64,000 nucleotides of DNA from Adineta vaga (GCA_021613535.1 CP075493.1:3906001-3970000); one strand, 5' to 3'; shown: positions 1 to 13,502, counted from the first letter of the stretch. A program made the numbers and translations. The notes: a model not told the origin generated them from the letters alone.

Positions 1-1108
1 AAATAAGATGATAAAGAACGAATAATGAGCAAAAAAAAGATGGAATAAGAAAAACAAGAAAAAGCCAAAACTTGATAATTGATGGTATAAAATCATTAGA
101 TGAAATCGCAATTGAATTATTAGGTTTAGTAATATTTGCATTCAACATTTATTAATTATATATTGAAGAAAAATAAAGAATCGATTCGTTTTTGAACGAT
201 TAGTGAGATTAACAAGATTCCAATTGACAGAGAAAAAACACTTCATTTTGATGTTTTTAAAGCTAAAAAGAGTAGAAAAAATCCGTTAATCTTACACTAC
301 TTCTCTTCGTTATAAAACTTCAATTAACTAAGCTGAGAATAGTCACCTTTTTTAGAAAGACTATAATTAAAGACTAATTTAGATACTCTTTGATTTCTAT
401 TTCTTAAATAAATTTTAATGAGACAAATAACAGAATTCAGAGAAATTTTCTCGACAGCTTTTACTACAATACATATTGATAGGAAAGTAATACTTACGAA
501 CTCTAATATTAACTTATTATGAACGTCAAAAAATGCTAGTAAAGCATATAATCATGGAAATTCCAACTAGAAAAAAATGAATTCATTATGCATTCTGCAC
601 TTGTTGAAAGGCTCAAATCTATTCTTATTATACACAAAAAACATAATCAGTGATACGCTCTCTTTGTTAACTAAAAAACAAAAGAATGTATCAATGTTAT
701 ATAGATATCCACATAAATTCATACCTATTTAGTAATTAATATAAAGCTTAGGAAAGTAATACATCAGAAATATAATACTACTCTCTTCAGCAGTTCTTTT
801 TCATCCGATATTGTACTCAAATATATAGAAAGTACCTATATGTTATCACTCCTAGCTATCTTGGTACAGAATTTCATTATCATTCAATGATATAGTATAA
901 TTAGTAAAGCATGTTTGTCAATATGTCTGAGAAATTGCGCATGTTTTCTTATGCTGACTTGTCACATATATTTATCGAAAAGAAAAAGAAACAGAAAAAG
1001 TCAATAAACTTGACAAGAATAATATGTTTTACAAAAGCAAAAAGAAAAAGAAAAACTAAGGTTTTAAATATTAGAATATGTAAAATAATTACAAATTAAT
1101 CATCAGTT

Positions 1109-2885
1109 CTATTTAGATGCAGTTGTACGTTTTCGATTTGAACCTTGGGATCGTTTGTTTCCACCATTTGAGGATGACATCGTTTGAGAATTGGGTGGTG
1201 GTAAAAAGATTGACCGAATACTTGGATCAGCAATACCAATACGATATGGATTACGCATTGATTGTGACTGAGAACTGCTACCTGTTATTTGTATTTCCGA
1301 TGATGTCCATATGACTTTTTTCGGTGAAATATTTGATCGATTTGGAGTATCTTCATCACTTAAGGCAATAACTTCATCATCACTATCGTTGATGATTTGA
1401 CTATTGTCATCTTCATTATTTTGTGCTTGAGATGACGATGGAACTGTAGGAGTCTGTAAGAATAAGACAAGAATATAAATAAGTTATTTCTTTTGATTTC
1501 TACATGATTAAGAGAAGTCTTATAAGATTTATATGAAAAACTTTGATTATCATAAGAGTGGGTTCTTTTATCACATCAACAGAAGCCAATAAAATAATCA
1601 AATCGTTTGTTCGACTTCTTTCTCAGTTTAATGCTAAAGAATTTTTCAAATTTTGATTTCTTACGGTCGTTACTTGACTATTGATAATTGTTTGTTGTGT
1701 ATCATTTTCTTTTGAAATTAGTGCTTCATCTTCATCAAGATTTACTACTCCACTACTAGTGACAGTTGTTTTTTTGAATCTATCTTCAGTTGTTTCATCG
1801 AGATCAAGTTCAATAACTTCGACTGGATCATGAACTGATCGTAGAAAACGAACAGAACGTTTCGTTGGTGATTCAACAGGTGCCGGTGGTGGTGCAATCG
1901 TAGCAGCAGCGGCTTCTTTTCGAGCTTTTTGTTTTTCACGACGTTCCCATGCAATATCAAATTCTTCATCCGATGAATCATCATTACTTGCTTGTAGTGG
2001 TGGTGGTGGTGGTGGTGGACGAGGAGGTGGTGGAATAGGTCGAGATTTTTCAATTGGTGTACATGGTAACGATTGAGTTATGGTAATAGAACTAAAAAGA
2101 GACGATTACAAAAGAGAAATGAGAATAATTTTGTTTCAAAGCTACCTTTCAGTAGCTGCTTGTTCATCATTCGATTCTTCATTACGAATTGGTGTGAAAC
2201 TTGTTTCTGACATCGACTTTTTTGGTCCAAATGGTTTCCAAGCTAAATCATCTTCATCTTCTTCGATATAATCCATTCCTAAGTGTGTTTCTATATGTTC
2301 AACATTTGTAAATGATCTCGAACGTTTAAAAGCATCAATAGGTGGTCGTCGTTTACCACCAGGTATACTTGTTGTATCAATAACATTTAATTTGATTGGT
2401 TGAGAAGCTTTACGTTTAATTGTATTCATGGATAAAAATGGTGCACGTGATATATGATTTTGTCCTGGATGAATTCGTTCACGTGGTTTAACGCGAATAC
2501 GTGGTCGTTTATCATCATATATATGTTGTTCAAGTGATGTATAGGTTGGCGAACGACGTAATGCTTCAAGAATTTCATCATGAAGATTTTCTTCATCACC
2601 ATTTGTTACTTGATTATTAATAGTTAATGCATCACATATATCATGTATAATACCAAGTTCACGATCTAATTTACGTTTATAATCATCTAAATCATCATGA
2701 ATTTGATCTATCGTTTCACGTGTATTAGAATTATTTGTTTGTAAAGCTTTACAAGATTGTTTCATAACAGTAGTTTTTAAATCACGACCCCATTTGATAA
2801 TTAAATCGAGTTTAGCACGTAAAGCTTTTTGTTCATTAGTATAACCACGAAAACAACCAGGACTACGACTAGGCGTACTCGGCAT
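1109..2885 (-). CDS. Uncharacterised Pro/acidic-rich, probably disordered protein; 3 exons (2885-2146, 2091-1665, 1453-1109)
   Basis: The 249 aa ORF continues in frame across GT-AG introns into a polyPro exon (RPIPPPPRPPPPPPPL) and a final exon ending RKRTTASK*; no recognisable domain. Confidence 0.7.
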
Positions 2886-4055
2886 GATCAAATTGAAAAA
2901 GAATAAAAATCTAATAGTAAAAGTTCAATCAAGAGAAGAGAAGGAAGATAGAACAGGACAGGAGATCAAACAAACTAAGTAAATAATTGATTGAACGAAA
3001 GTGAAAGAAAGAAATGAACTGACCAACCAATCCAAAAAAAAACAGAATCAAATCTCAATAGAACAATAAAAATTGAGAACTCCGATAGTTAGTGATATCT
3101 CCTTTTTTCTTTAACTCAACAAAAAACTCAGAAAGATTGACAATTTAAAAAAAAAACAGATTTTCAAAGTATAGTTGTGTAGCGACATCTATCAATCAAA
3201 TTTTTATTGATAATCATATCAGAAAACTTTGGATTACAATAAACTATAATAGAATTTAGCTAAAATTTGATCTGTAACTGTGCGTTCATATTCTCACATC
3301 CTTTTCTCTGACTAAACAATATATTGCTATGATTCCAGAGTCGATTATTTATGAAGATTTTTTTCTCTTGCAAATATATATTTATATGTTTATGTAAAAA
3401 AAAACGTTCCATATGATCGTATATGTTCAGAGAATGAAATATCATCGCGCCACAAAAAAAGAGGTTTAGATAACAAGAAAACAAACAACATCATGAGAAG
3501 ATCGTTTTTTTCTAATATCATTTGCAACGAAACGCAAGATATTAGTAGATTAGTAATAATAATAATAATAACAAGAAAAGAGAGAAAAAGGAGACAGATC
3601 TTCATCCGATAACTCTTCTATAATGTTAATTCAGACTTCAGTGTTTTTTTTACACAGAAGAACAAAATGCGAAATAGACACAACCACACAGACGTATATA
3701 GAATAGTAAAGCACCATGTACGATTTGTTTTTCTAAATGTTCTTGTTTTGATCGATGATAGAGAATAAATGCAACATCACTTATATATGAATAAATGAAG
3801 AGATAGTAAGATAGAGAGAAAGAAAAACATTGCACAAGTTGAGCAAGCAGAAATAAAGGAAGAAAGAAGTTTATCAGCATGCATCAAAACAAAATCTTCA
3901 CTGTGTGCAAAGAAGAAGTAGGAAGCACGTTCATATACATCAGGCTAAAGATCAACGACAGCTTTTATCATAACAGAGAAAACATGACACACAATCGATG
4001 TATGTAAGTACTAGTACTGTTCGATAAAAAATGAAATTAATTTATTATCAGTAAA

Positions 4056-7000
4056 TTAATAAGGTGCATAGCGAACATTGTTACGGAAACCCTAAAAAGA
4101 ATTCTATTGTAAAGATTTAATTTGAAATTAAATGTCACTTACAGTAATAGGACCGATAGTTCCATTTGGTGTTGTAGTGATGTAAGCAGTTTCTGGATAA
4201 GCATGTCTAAAACGAAGATATAGAGATGATAAGGATCATTTGTTACAGAAATTCAATGAATAAAATCGAATGAACATGCAATCAGATAAACAGTGCATGC
4301 ATCATACTAGACTGTAAAAGACTCTTGAGTAGTGTAATATGTACGTATTAAATCTGATTGTAGTGAGAGAAAAAGAATTGATCATACCAACAATACGGAT
4401 CGAAATTCTGATAATGATAGTCCATCTGCTGTTGAGGGAATAACTAGACTTCGAAAGAGAGATAGGATTCTTAAACGAATATCGAAAGGGATACCCTCAT
4501 ACTCACGCAAGAAATACATGCATAGATATCGAATAGGAAATATCTTACCCGAATTGAGCGTTGGAGATGTCATATTCGTTGTCGATGTTCCATTAATAAA
4601 ATATCCAGTGGTTGTATTAACTCCATTAGACATTGGTAAGACACTAAGTATAAAATATAGATCAATTTGTAAGATGTTCATATCATTTTTAAATTGCTTA
4701 CCCAATCGTATAAGTTCCAGGTTGCTGGCCAGCCGTGGCCATACATGCATGCGATCCTGCTGTTGTAATATAACGAATGCCGTTTTGTGGTTGTTGATTA
4801 GCAGTAGCTGTTGCAGCAATTTGATAAGCTGTTAAACCATTTAAAGTAGTTAATTGATCAGGATAAATACTACATGAAAAAATGGAAAATTACTCACTTA
4901 TTAAAGAACTAAAGTTAAGATCGGAATTGTTTGTTAGTAATTCTCAATAGATATAAATCTTAAGTGATCTTCTTTTTGTCTAATCTCATCAATTTCTATT
5001 CAAATCGACAACTAAATCAAAAGGAAAAAGAAAGATTCCAACTGTTATCTCCATTGGTGGTATATTTTAAGATAATCAACATCCTTCCTGTTATGCTAAG
5101 TTAACTTATTTCAAGATTGATCACAAAGAGTTTTTGAAATATAGTTAGTACTTTATTTCAATGCAACTTACGTATATCCACCGGGTAAAGTTAGACCAGT
5201 CGTAAAGGTTGTTGCTGCACGTAATCCTGTAGTTTGAGTCGATGGAATTAACGTTGGACGTTGTCGTGCATTTAACATGACGCCTAAGTCAAATAATACA
5301 TTCGTTATATTAAAAAGCTTCTATACAATTCTTTCTCACCAAATGGATTTGCTACAACGGGTTTTGGCTTTGGTTGTGATCGAGCTGTTGCCATATTAAC
5401 CTAATTAAACAAAATATCATTCATAATTAAGTCATGAAATAAAGAAAGAGAGAGAGAGAGAGAGAGAAAGAAAGAATAGTTGAGCCAAACATTCCACCAA
5501 CAAAAAGCAAAGAGATATCAATGAGATCTCTCGCAATCAAAACGTTCGAGCCATTCAGGAATGTGTCATATACAAAAAATTGATTGACTGTGCATCATCT
5601 AATCAAAACGTCTTCTTGAAAAACTTTTCTATCAAATTATAGATAAAAAAAAACAGAAACGTTTTTTGCTTATATGTGCATGACATGCGAATATTCTTTT
5701 ATTATTATTAAATGATCGTTCACTTAGTTTGATAGTTTTTTTAGTTTTTAATAACTGGACAACCATGCATCATGCGCTGAGAATATGATATATATTAAAT
5801 CTAATTGTCGTTCGAATGTAGGTAGAAGGAAAAAATAGATAACAACATTGAGAAAGATAAACATACATTGAACCAAGTCCGATGTCTAATGACTAGATAA
5901 TCAAAGGTTAAACTTGCATTTCGATCATGAAATTTCATCATGCTCCCTTTAAATTCTTTGTTGATTGATAGATTCGAAACTAATTGATATATTAGGAAAA
6001 AAACAATCGCTTAATGTAGAAAAGACGAACAAGCAGCCACGAACAGGCATGCAAACGAAAACAGTTGTTTGAAGTAAGAGAAAAAAGAAATACTTGGTTG
6101 CTTTCATTCATTATCATTTCTACCTCCTATGTAAACATATCTTGATTCACAAGTAGTAGTAGTAGTAGAAAGAGAACTAGAAGAGAGATGAGCTTGGTTT
6201 GATTTTATAAATATATTCCTGTTGTTTTATGGAATTATTCAATATAAAAACGATAAGAAATTCTTGAGAGAATCAATCTTAAATACATACCTCGATTTTT
6301 CGTCCTTCAATAACAGCTCCATGAAATTTTTCTCGAGCTGCATCTGCATCACCACTTGAAGCAAATGTTACAAATCCAAAACCCTAAAAAATAGAAAATA
6401 AATGCGTCTTTACAATGTTTTCTTTTTATCTATCACGATTCTGTGTTAACTATCTGTGATAATTTCTGTCGACTAGAATATCTTTACTCATCTTGTCATT
6501 ATCAATTCAGTTAGTGAATAAATCATAACCAAATACGATTGAAATCTATGAAGAATAGATCTCAATTTTGAATCATCTCTCAATAACATTAGATATTTGT
6601 TTATTGATGTATGAAACTGTGAATTTCTATTTGAATACTTTTTGTTTAATCAAACTAATTCATTTAAAATGTGTTTCATAAGAAAGAAAAAGGGAAAATC
6701 TAATCAATTTGAAAATGTTTTGAGAGATAATTAATTTTTATTTGTCGTTTTCCACTTACTTTTGATCCTCGTTCATTGAAGATAATTTCAGTATCGACAA
6801 TTTCACCGAATTGCTACAATAAGAAACGTTATTTTCTTTTATGAATTTCGCCTTCTATTTTATGATAATAATTACTTCAAACATAGCTTTAAGATCTTCA
6901 TCTCGAAAACGAAATGGTATATTAGATACATGTAAGCGTTTTTGAGTTGAATTCGAACCATTTGTTGATGATGTTGATCCATTTGGTGTTATCGTACTTG

Positions 7001-7840
7001 TTGATTGAGGTGAATGCGATGATGATGAATTTGATTGTGTCTAAAAATTTTGATTAAATTCATTTTGTCGAAATATTTTTCTTCACAAACATACTTGATC
7101 ATTAGGTGATAATGATTGAACAAGATGATTATTACTGTTCGTTGTTGCTGTCATTGATTCACTAATTGATGATGGTGATGATGGCATACTCGTTACTTGC
7201 GCTAACTGATTTGTTGAATCAACAACTAAATTGGACATTTGATTCGTTGTAGTTAAATTCGTAGATGCATATGATTGTTGTTGACTAGAAAGTGTGGCAA
7301 GTATTGCTGAATCCATTGTTGAATGTAGACCATTAGAAATTGTTGTTGTTGCTGTTGATCCAGTATTATTAATGCTTGATGAATTTGATGATGATGTCGT
7401 CGTCGTTGCTAATAATGTTGGCATTAACGGCTAGAAGAAAAATGATGTCGTCAATAGATAGAAACTATTTATTATCATATTTCGACTTCTGAAATTACTC
7501 TATCTAACGGAATTTCTATGCATATCTAATCTTTGATTTAATGTGCTTCCGGAAACTTGATCTTTTGTTTCAGGATGCATTTGCATGTCGATGAGATTTT
7601 TGAAGCGAAAAGAAATCATCCTATTCTATCTATTCCACCCTATTTCAATATTAAGCTCACTTGACTACACATCTAGATAAGAAATAACTTACATTCAATG
7701 TTAAATAATTATCCGATGGTAGAAAAGAATATAACATCGTCAATGAGTAGCACCCAAGAAAAACGAAGAACTCGTAAGATCAATAATAGAGGATGAATAT
7801 TCTCATATATATCTATATCTCTTTGCTTACAAAAGGATAT

Positions 7841-7871
<31 letters not shown>

Positions 7872-10800
7872 AAAAGGAGACAGACGATCTATATTGGGAA
7901 AATGGGACGAGCGAGAGAGAGAGAAAGATAGTAAATGCCTCAATAAAATAGCACACATACATAAATAGAAAGCAAAATTCGGTCACTATTCTCGTTCATT
8001 GATAATATGAGAACGAATATAAACAACTGTTAATAGAAAAAGAAAAAAAAAGAAAGAATTGCTACCAGTACTCTTCGACAATCTAATATGTAGAAGAAGA
8101 AAAAAAGATGAGCAATGTATAATCAAATGTCTATTATAGCGAAGGCGAGAAATAGATGTCTACGAATGTATATATGTAGAAAAATGAGCTTGAGTTCTCG
8201 TTTTTCTTTTCCTTCGATTCATTAGCAATCGTGGAATATTTGATATAACCAGTGGAATCTTTCTTCTCCCGAGACGAATATTTCTTTTTCTAATGAACGA
8301 GAGAACATTCATAATATGTGATCATTTTTCGTTTTTATTGATGAAGATATTTCGAATAGGTATCATCCTATTCTATTATAATTAGCATTTTTGAACAAAA
8401 GAAAGATGTCATATTTGCTCATCTCTTTTATTTGACTTGTTTTCTTAATGAGTTTAGTTTTCAATCAAAGACAAGACAAAATATTGTCTGTTGTTAGAAG
8501 ATCACTTCCGTTCGATCTCAAGGTAAATATACTAGACAGACGGATAAAATGAAGCGAGTGACCGACTAATTGTGACTCGTCTCCATATAAAACAATGATA
8601 TATTTGAGCAGATGCTTACTCTTTTTTTTCTCAACTGTTCTCTTCAATCAATCAATAAATCGTACACATCTAAGTATGTCTATTGTGTGTTGACCGAACT
8701 TTTTTTTCTTTCTTTCTTTCTTTTCTTATCTTTTTTTCTTCGTCATCGAAACATTTCATCTAATTAGGATATCGAAAGAAAAACGGGTGGATGAATTTGT
8801 AAAGAGCAAAGATGATTCAAATCATCATTTAAATGAACATGTGGCCGGAAGTCATGTAGTTCAAGATAGATATTTAATATTCATACCGAAGATGATGATG
8901 ATGATGCATCGAGCTGTTGTTGAAAATGATGAAATGCAATAAGATCGTTTTTGGTAAGAAGTGCTGTCGTGGGACCTGTTGAGTTCGTATTGTTGTTGGT
9001 TCGATTGACGATACCGGATGATGGGACTGTTGCTAACATAGTTGGACTCTAAATAATCAAATATATGAATGAACAAGACAAAAAAAAACATATCATGATC
9101 GAATGTTGATAACTATACAAAAAAAAGACAAATAGAGCAAGACGAGTTAGTTGCCAGCATAAGAATCAGATACAAAAGAAAAACATACAACGGAAACAAT
9201 CTGAACACAAAATAGACTTTTTGAATATCTCGATTACAAGATGAAAAGTCTTTTTTCTGTCCCCTTGAGTCTTGCAAATGTGCACTTACAATTAACAACA
9301 TGTCGGTTGAGTTATGTTGCGTGCGTTTGAGCTAGATGCACACATATACGACGAAAATATGATTATTTTATGATTGTTTCAATATAGTAGACTCCTTCGT
9401 CTTCTTCTCCTATTCTCGTTTTCTTTGCTTGTTCACGACACGTTGTCGAAGAGTCGTAGTCGTTTGTATATGAATGTAATCGAGAAAGAAGAAGAAGATT
9501 AGTTTAGTTGAACGAAAGACAAGTGAAAAGAATCTCCTATCCTATTGTTGATTCAATGTGCATATGAATACTCTTTCTAGTTGGTTTTTTTCCTCCTCTC
9601 CTTGTCTTTATAAATAATGTATACGTTTGGTTCGATTGAGTGATCACGATAGTAGGTCTCTCCTTTCGTTTAATACTAATAACGTTATATCTTTTTTTTT
9701 CTTCTCGCATTATTGCTCTTTGCTTTGTTACTGAGGTGGATTCATGTGATGAGCGTGTTATGAGAACGGACGTAGACAACAATAGGAGCAATGATCAACA
9801 GAACGAGTACGACGAAATAATCGAAGATATGAAATATGATTTTCTTTCCTTTTTCTACGTTTCTTTTTGTTCTCTCTTTCACATTTTCTCTTTGCTTTGT
9901 GTCTATCTATTGTTTTGACGATTTGTGAGTATGGAGTGAAGAAGCTTCGTCCATTACATCCTGTAATGAGGACTCTTTCTCTTTTTCTCTTTCTTGTTAC
10001 CAAAACCAACTGTGAATATATATATATATATATATTCATGTACGAATCAATGAGTTTACACACGAAACATATGTTTTGTTTTTTTCTACTATCTCCTTTC
10101 CAATTGAAACAATAATAGACAAATATTCTCAAAAATATATTCGTAATACCAACATGGATTACTAACAGATTTCATCAATCAACACGTTCAAATAAAAACT
10201 ATTCATGTCTCAATACTTATACGTGACAATTATCATTCAAACAAGGTTATCAGTTTTCTACCATTTGAAATCAATACGCATATACAAAGTGTTTAGTTTT
10301 CAACTTCAATTTGACCGACAAACATTGATTCAAATTACAAAGGAAAGGTGAATGAATAATATACATGCATATTATCATTCTCATAGATAGATTAATACGA
10401 AAAGAAAATAAATAACTACATGCTCTAAATATACATATGCATCGATAAAAGAAAGAAATGGTCATGCGCTGAAACATGCAGGAGAACTAGTCACACTGTA
10501 CATATCGAATTTGGATATAGTGAAATCCATGCGAGATATTTTTCGAAAGAGGATAAACTATATGAAGTGATGAAAGAAAGTACATAGACAACATATATAT
10601 GTATGTATATATGGATGTGCAAGACGATGGATAAATCACAACATCAAACTATCTTACCGCTAGTATCGAACATTATCTCTCCTGAAAAAATAATTTTGTA
10701 ATAAAACGAAAATACTTTGTTAGAATATATAATACACACGCACACATTTATATACATAAGCAAAGGTATGAAGAAGCGACACTAATTTCAAATGTTTACC

Positions 10801-11095
10801 TGTTTTCAAAGAAATTATATCTCGAAAACTCCTGGAAGAATGAATTATTGTGAAAATAGTTTTTTCGAAAATAAAAAGAAAACGAAAACTATATACGTAC
10901 AAAGAATTGTTCAGTTAAGAATCGATGATTATTGTATGGTTGAATCCAAGGTGTTGGAAAATATTGATTCACTACCGGATTTGGATGAGGATAAACACTC
11001 GTCGGAGGCGTTGGAGATGACGAGGAAGAAGATGAAGATTCGGATGTGGGCGAGAGAAAAGTCGCTGTTGGAATTGTATTATTGTGTAAGAGCAT
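4056..11095 (-). CDS. Rbfox: RNA-binding Fox-1 homolog (Rbfox). Core exons 11095-10901, 9048-8887, 7430-7095, 7040-6876, 6813-6760, 6383-6291, 5400-5340, 5283-5172, 4869-4702, 4206-4143, 4091-4056, plus candidate alternative exons
   Basis: Spliced RRM reads [78 protein letters not shown]; C-terminus [11 protein letters not shown] matches the Rbfox RFAPY PY-NLS; exon phases are compatible. The N-terminal exons are less certain than the RRM. Confidence 0.93.
5446..5467 (+). repeat. (AG)n microsatellite in an Rbfox intron
   Basis: Direct reading of the sequence. Confidence 0.8.
7844..7870 (+). repeat. (GAAA)n microsatellite in an Rbfox intron
   Basis: Direct reading of the sequence. Confidence 0.8.
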
Positions 11096-11875
11096 GGTCT
11101 CTCTCTCTCTCTTTTTTTCTTTTCTTTTTAATAGAGAAAAAATATAAATATAAACAAGCAATAGATCTAAAAGAAATTGAAAGTGAAATTAATAAGGATT
11201 AGAAAGGTTTCATCAAATACATTTGAATAGAAGGTTTCATTCGTATAAATTAAACAAAAGAAAACGAAATCTTCTATTCTCTTTCTGTCGAATTATGAAT
11301 GATATGATAATATATTCTGGCCTTTTATTTTTCTCGAAAAGTTAAACAAAGAACGAAAATGATAGGATTATCACTAAGACAGATAGATTTATCGTATTGG
11401 TGGATTATATAGAACAAATTAAAGATATATTTAGTAAATATGAAAAGATTTTCTTCGAAAATAAGAGACGAGTTTATGAGAAATTTCAGCATTATTTTAA
11501 CTAAAACTGAAAATGAGAACTAAATACTTTGATATTATTCAACGTAGAGCGACATCTGATGAACTAAGATAACTTGAACTAGCTCCAACGTATGCTACGA
11601 GCAAATCTATCATGAAGACAATAGTATATCCATTTTTTAGGTTGATATCTTCATTTATTCCTCTTTTTGTTTTTTTAAAATTTTTAAATATAATACTTTT
11701 TATTGATGAAATATGAAATAGAAAGGAGAAAATGATTAGAATTAAAGAATACATAATGTCAATGATTTATTATTCAAAAATGGAACAATAGAATGACTTG
11801 AATTAATGTTTTTTAATCGATTAGAAATCAGAAAAAAAGACATGACAAAAACGTATTATTGATTGCGTTTTTGAT

Positions 11876-12206
11876 TTAACCCATAAATTCTCTCGGATCA
11901 CCTTTGATAATTGCTTTTGCACGTTTACCAATTGTTTCATATCGATCATTTTCGACTTGATTTTCTCTATTTGTTAAAAATCTCAATAATCGTGCTTCGA
12001 TTTCATATGTTGGATTGTATTTATCATTGGCATGAAACATTTCCGATTCATCTGCGCTATCATCGTGTTCATTATCGATTTGTCGAATATTTTTGGCACT
12101 AAATGGAATGAAATATGTTTTACAAAAAAAGAAAAGAAGATCAAAAACGTTACCTGACAAAAAGAATTGTCAATGTAAGGGCTAATAAAACTGAATAGAA
12201 GTGCAT
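11876..12206 (-). CDS. Neuropeptide precursor; 2 exons (12206-12154, 12098-11876)
   Basis: Signal peptide MHFYSVLLALTLTILFVSA, acidic spacer, GKR cleavage/amidation site, final peptide AKAIIKGDPREFMG* ending in Gly; 55 nt GT-AG intron. Confidence 0.8.
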
Positions 12207-13502
12207 GTTTCTGTAAGATGCGAACGAGAGAATGAATGATGAAAATGTGTATTCCTGTTATCTAAATAGTCGTAAAACGTTTCTAGACGCTCAAATAAAT
12301 TAAAACTACAATCTATTTTCAAGAAGAAACAAACATCTTAAATATCTCTCTCCTTCTATTCTCTCTCTCTCTCTCTCTCTTTCTTTCTGTGTCTTTTCTA
12401 TTCTTATGAAAATGCATTATATTCGATATTGTATAGGCGTGACATGACAATCTAATGAGATATTTTTTGCTATTTGAATAGAAAGCATCTTTGAAGATTT
12501 TAATGGATATTAATGTTTTGCTCTTTTTCAACTATTGAGTATGTATGTGCAAGGCTACTTTGAAATAAAATATATATATACATGAAGAGATTTTATTTCG
12601 AAGTGATATGCTGTTAGAACAGAATGTTGGAAAGTAAAACTTCTTAAAAATTATTGGTGAAATTAGAGAGAATTCATTTCAATTTCTCTCACATTGGTTA
12701 ATGAGTGATTACTTTTTAGTCTATCGATAGTATTCTATAGATGAATCAAGTACAATCGAAGTATACGATAGAAAAATTAGGTTTTCTATGTCCCTATTTG
12801 ATATGCTCATCGAATAGGAAAAGACAATGCTATATTAACATATACGGAACAGAGGCAAAGATTGTGCCTAAGTACATTCGAAATCAAAATTCAGATTCCG
12901 TATGATCAGAATATTGTATGAAGTTGTTCAGAACTCTAGAGAAGACGTTTTTCTTAACGAAGAATGATCTCTTTTGATTGATAATAAACGGATCAAGTTT
13001 TCTCAATAAAATATCAATTTCGACTCCATAAACTTTACCACAAATGTAGTGTTCATTGAGATATAGTAGGAAAAAAAAAGATTGACAAACGTCATCTTTT
13101 TATTCGTTGATTCTTTTGTGAACTATATATTTTCTCTCATTTACTCAAGAAAAAAAATGTATAACAACTTTGAGATCAAAGTAGTAAAATATATTTTACT
13201 TAAAAGAAAAGTAGATTTGAACTACAAGTGTGCTTCTTCTTCTTCTTCTTTCACATCTATTTCCATCCTCGAATGAAATAGATACAAAAATTATTGTTGC
13301 TTTATCAATGGGTCATTTTTGCACTTGAAATTTTAATCTTTGTTAAATATTGTTTTAACGCTTTCAGAAAAAATGTAATATCTCAATTGAATAGATATAT
13401 TCTTTAAATTATGTTATAAGTTTTATTTATATCAAAAAAATGAAAAAAAAATCGAAAAGAAAAGAAAATGATCATTCTAGAATATGTTCACTGTTCTCAA
13501 TA

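Noticed and set aside
1745-2053. 102 aa ORF with a poly-His run
   Set aside because: Wrong frame of the (CCA)n poly-Pro exon of the 1109-2885 gene
4382-4835. 145 aa minus and 105 aa plus ORFs as separate genes
   Set aside because: They run through Rbfox exons and introns; no independent gene signal
9113-10477. Several 60-124 aa ORFs on both strands
   Set aside because: Low-complexity F/L/I/K-rich translations of Rbfox intronic DNA
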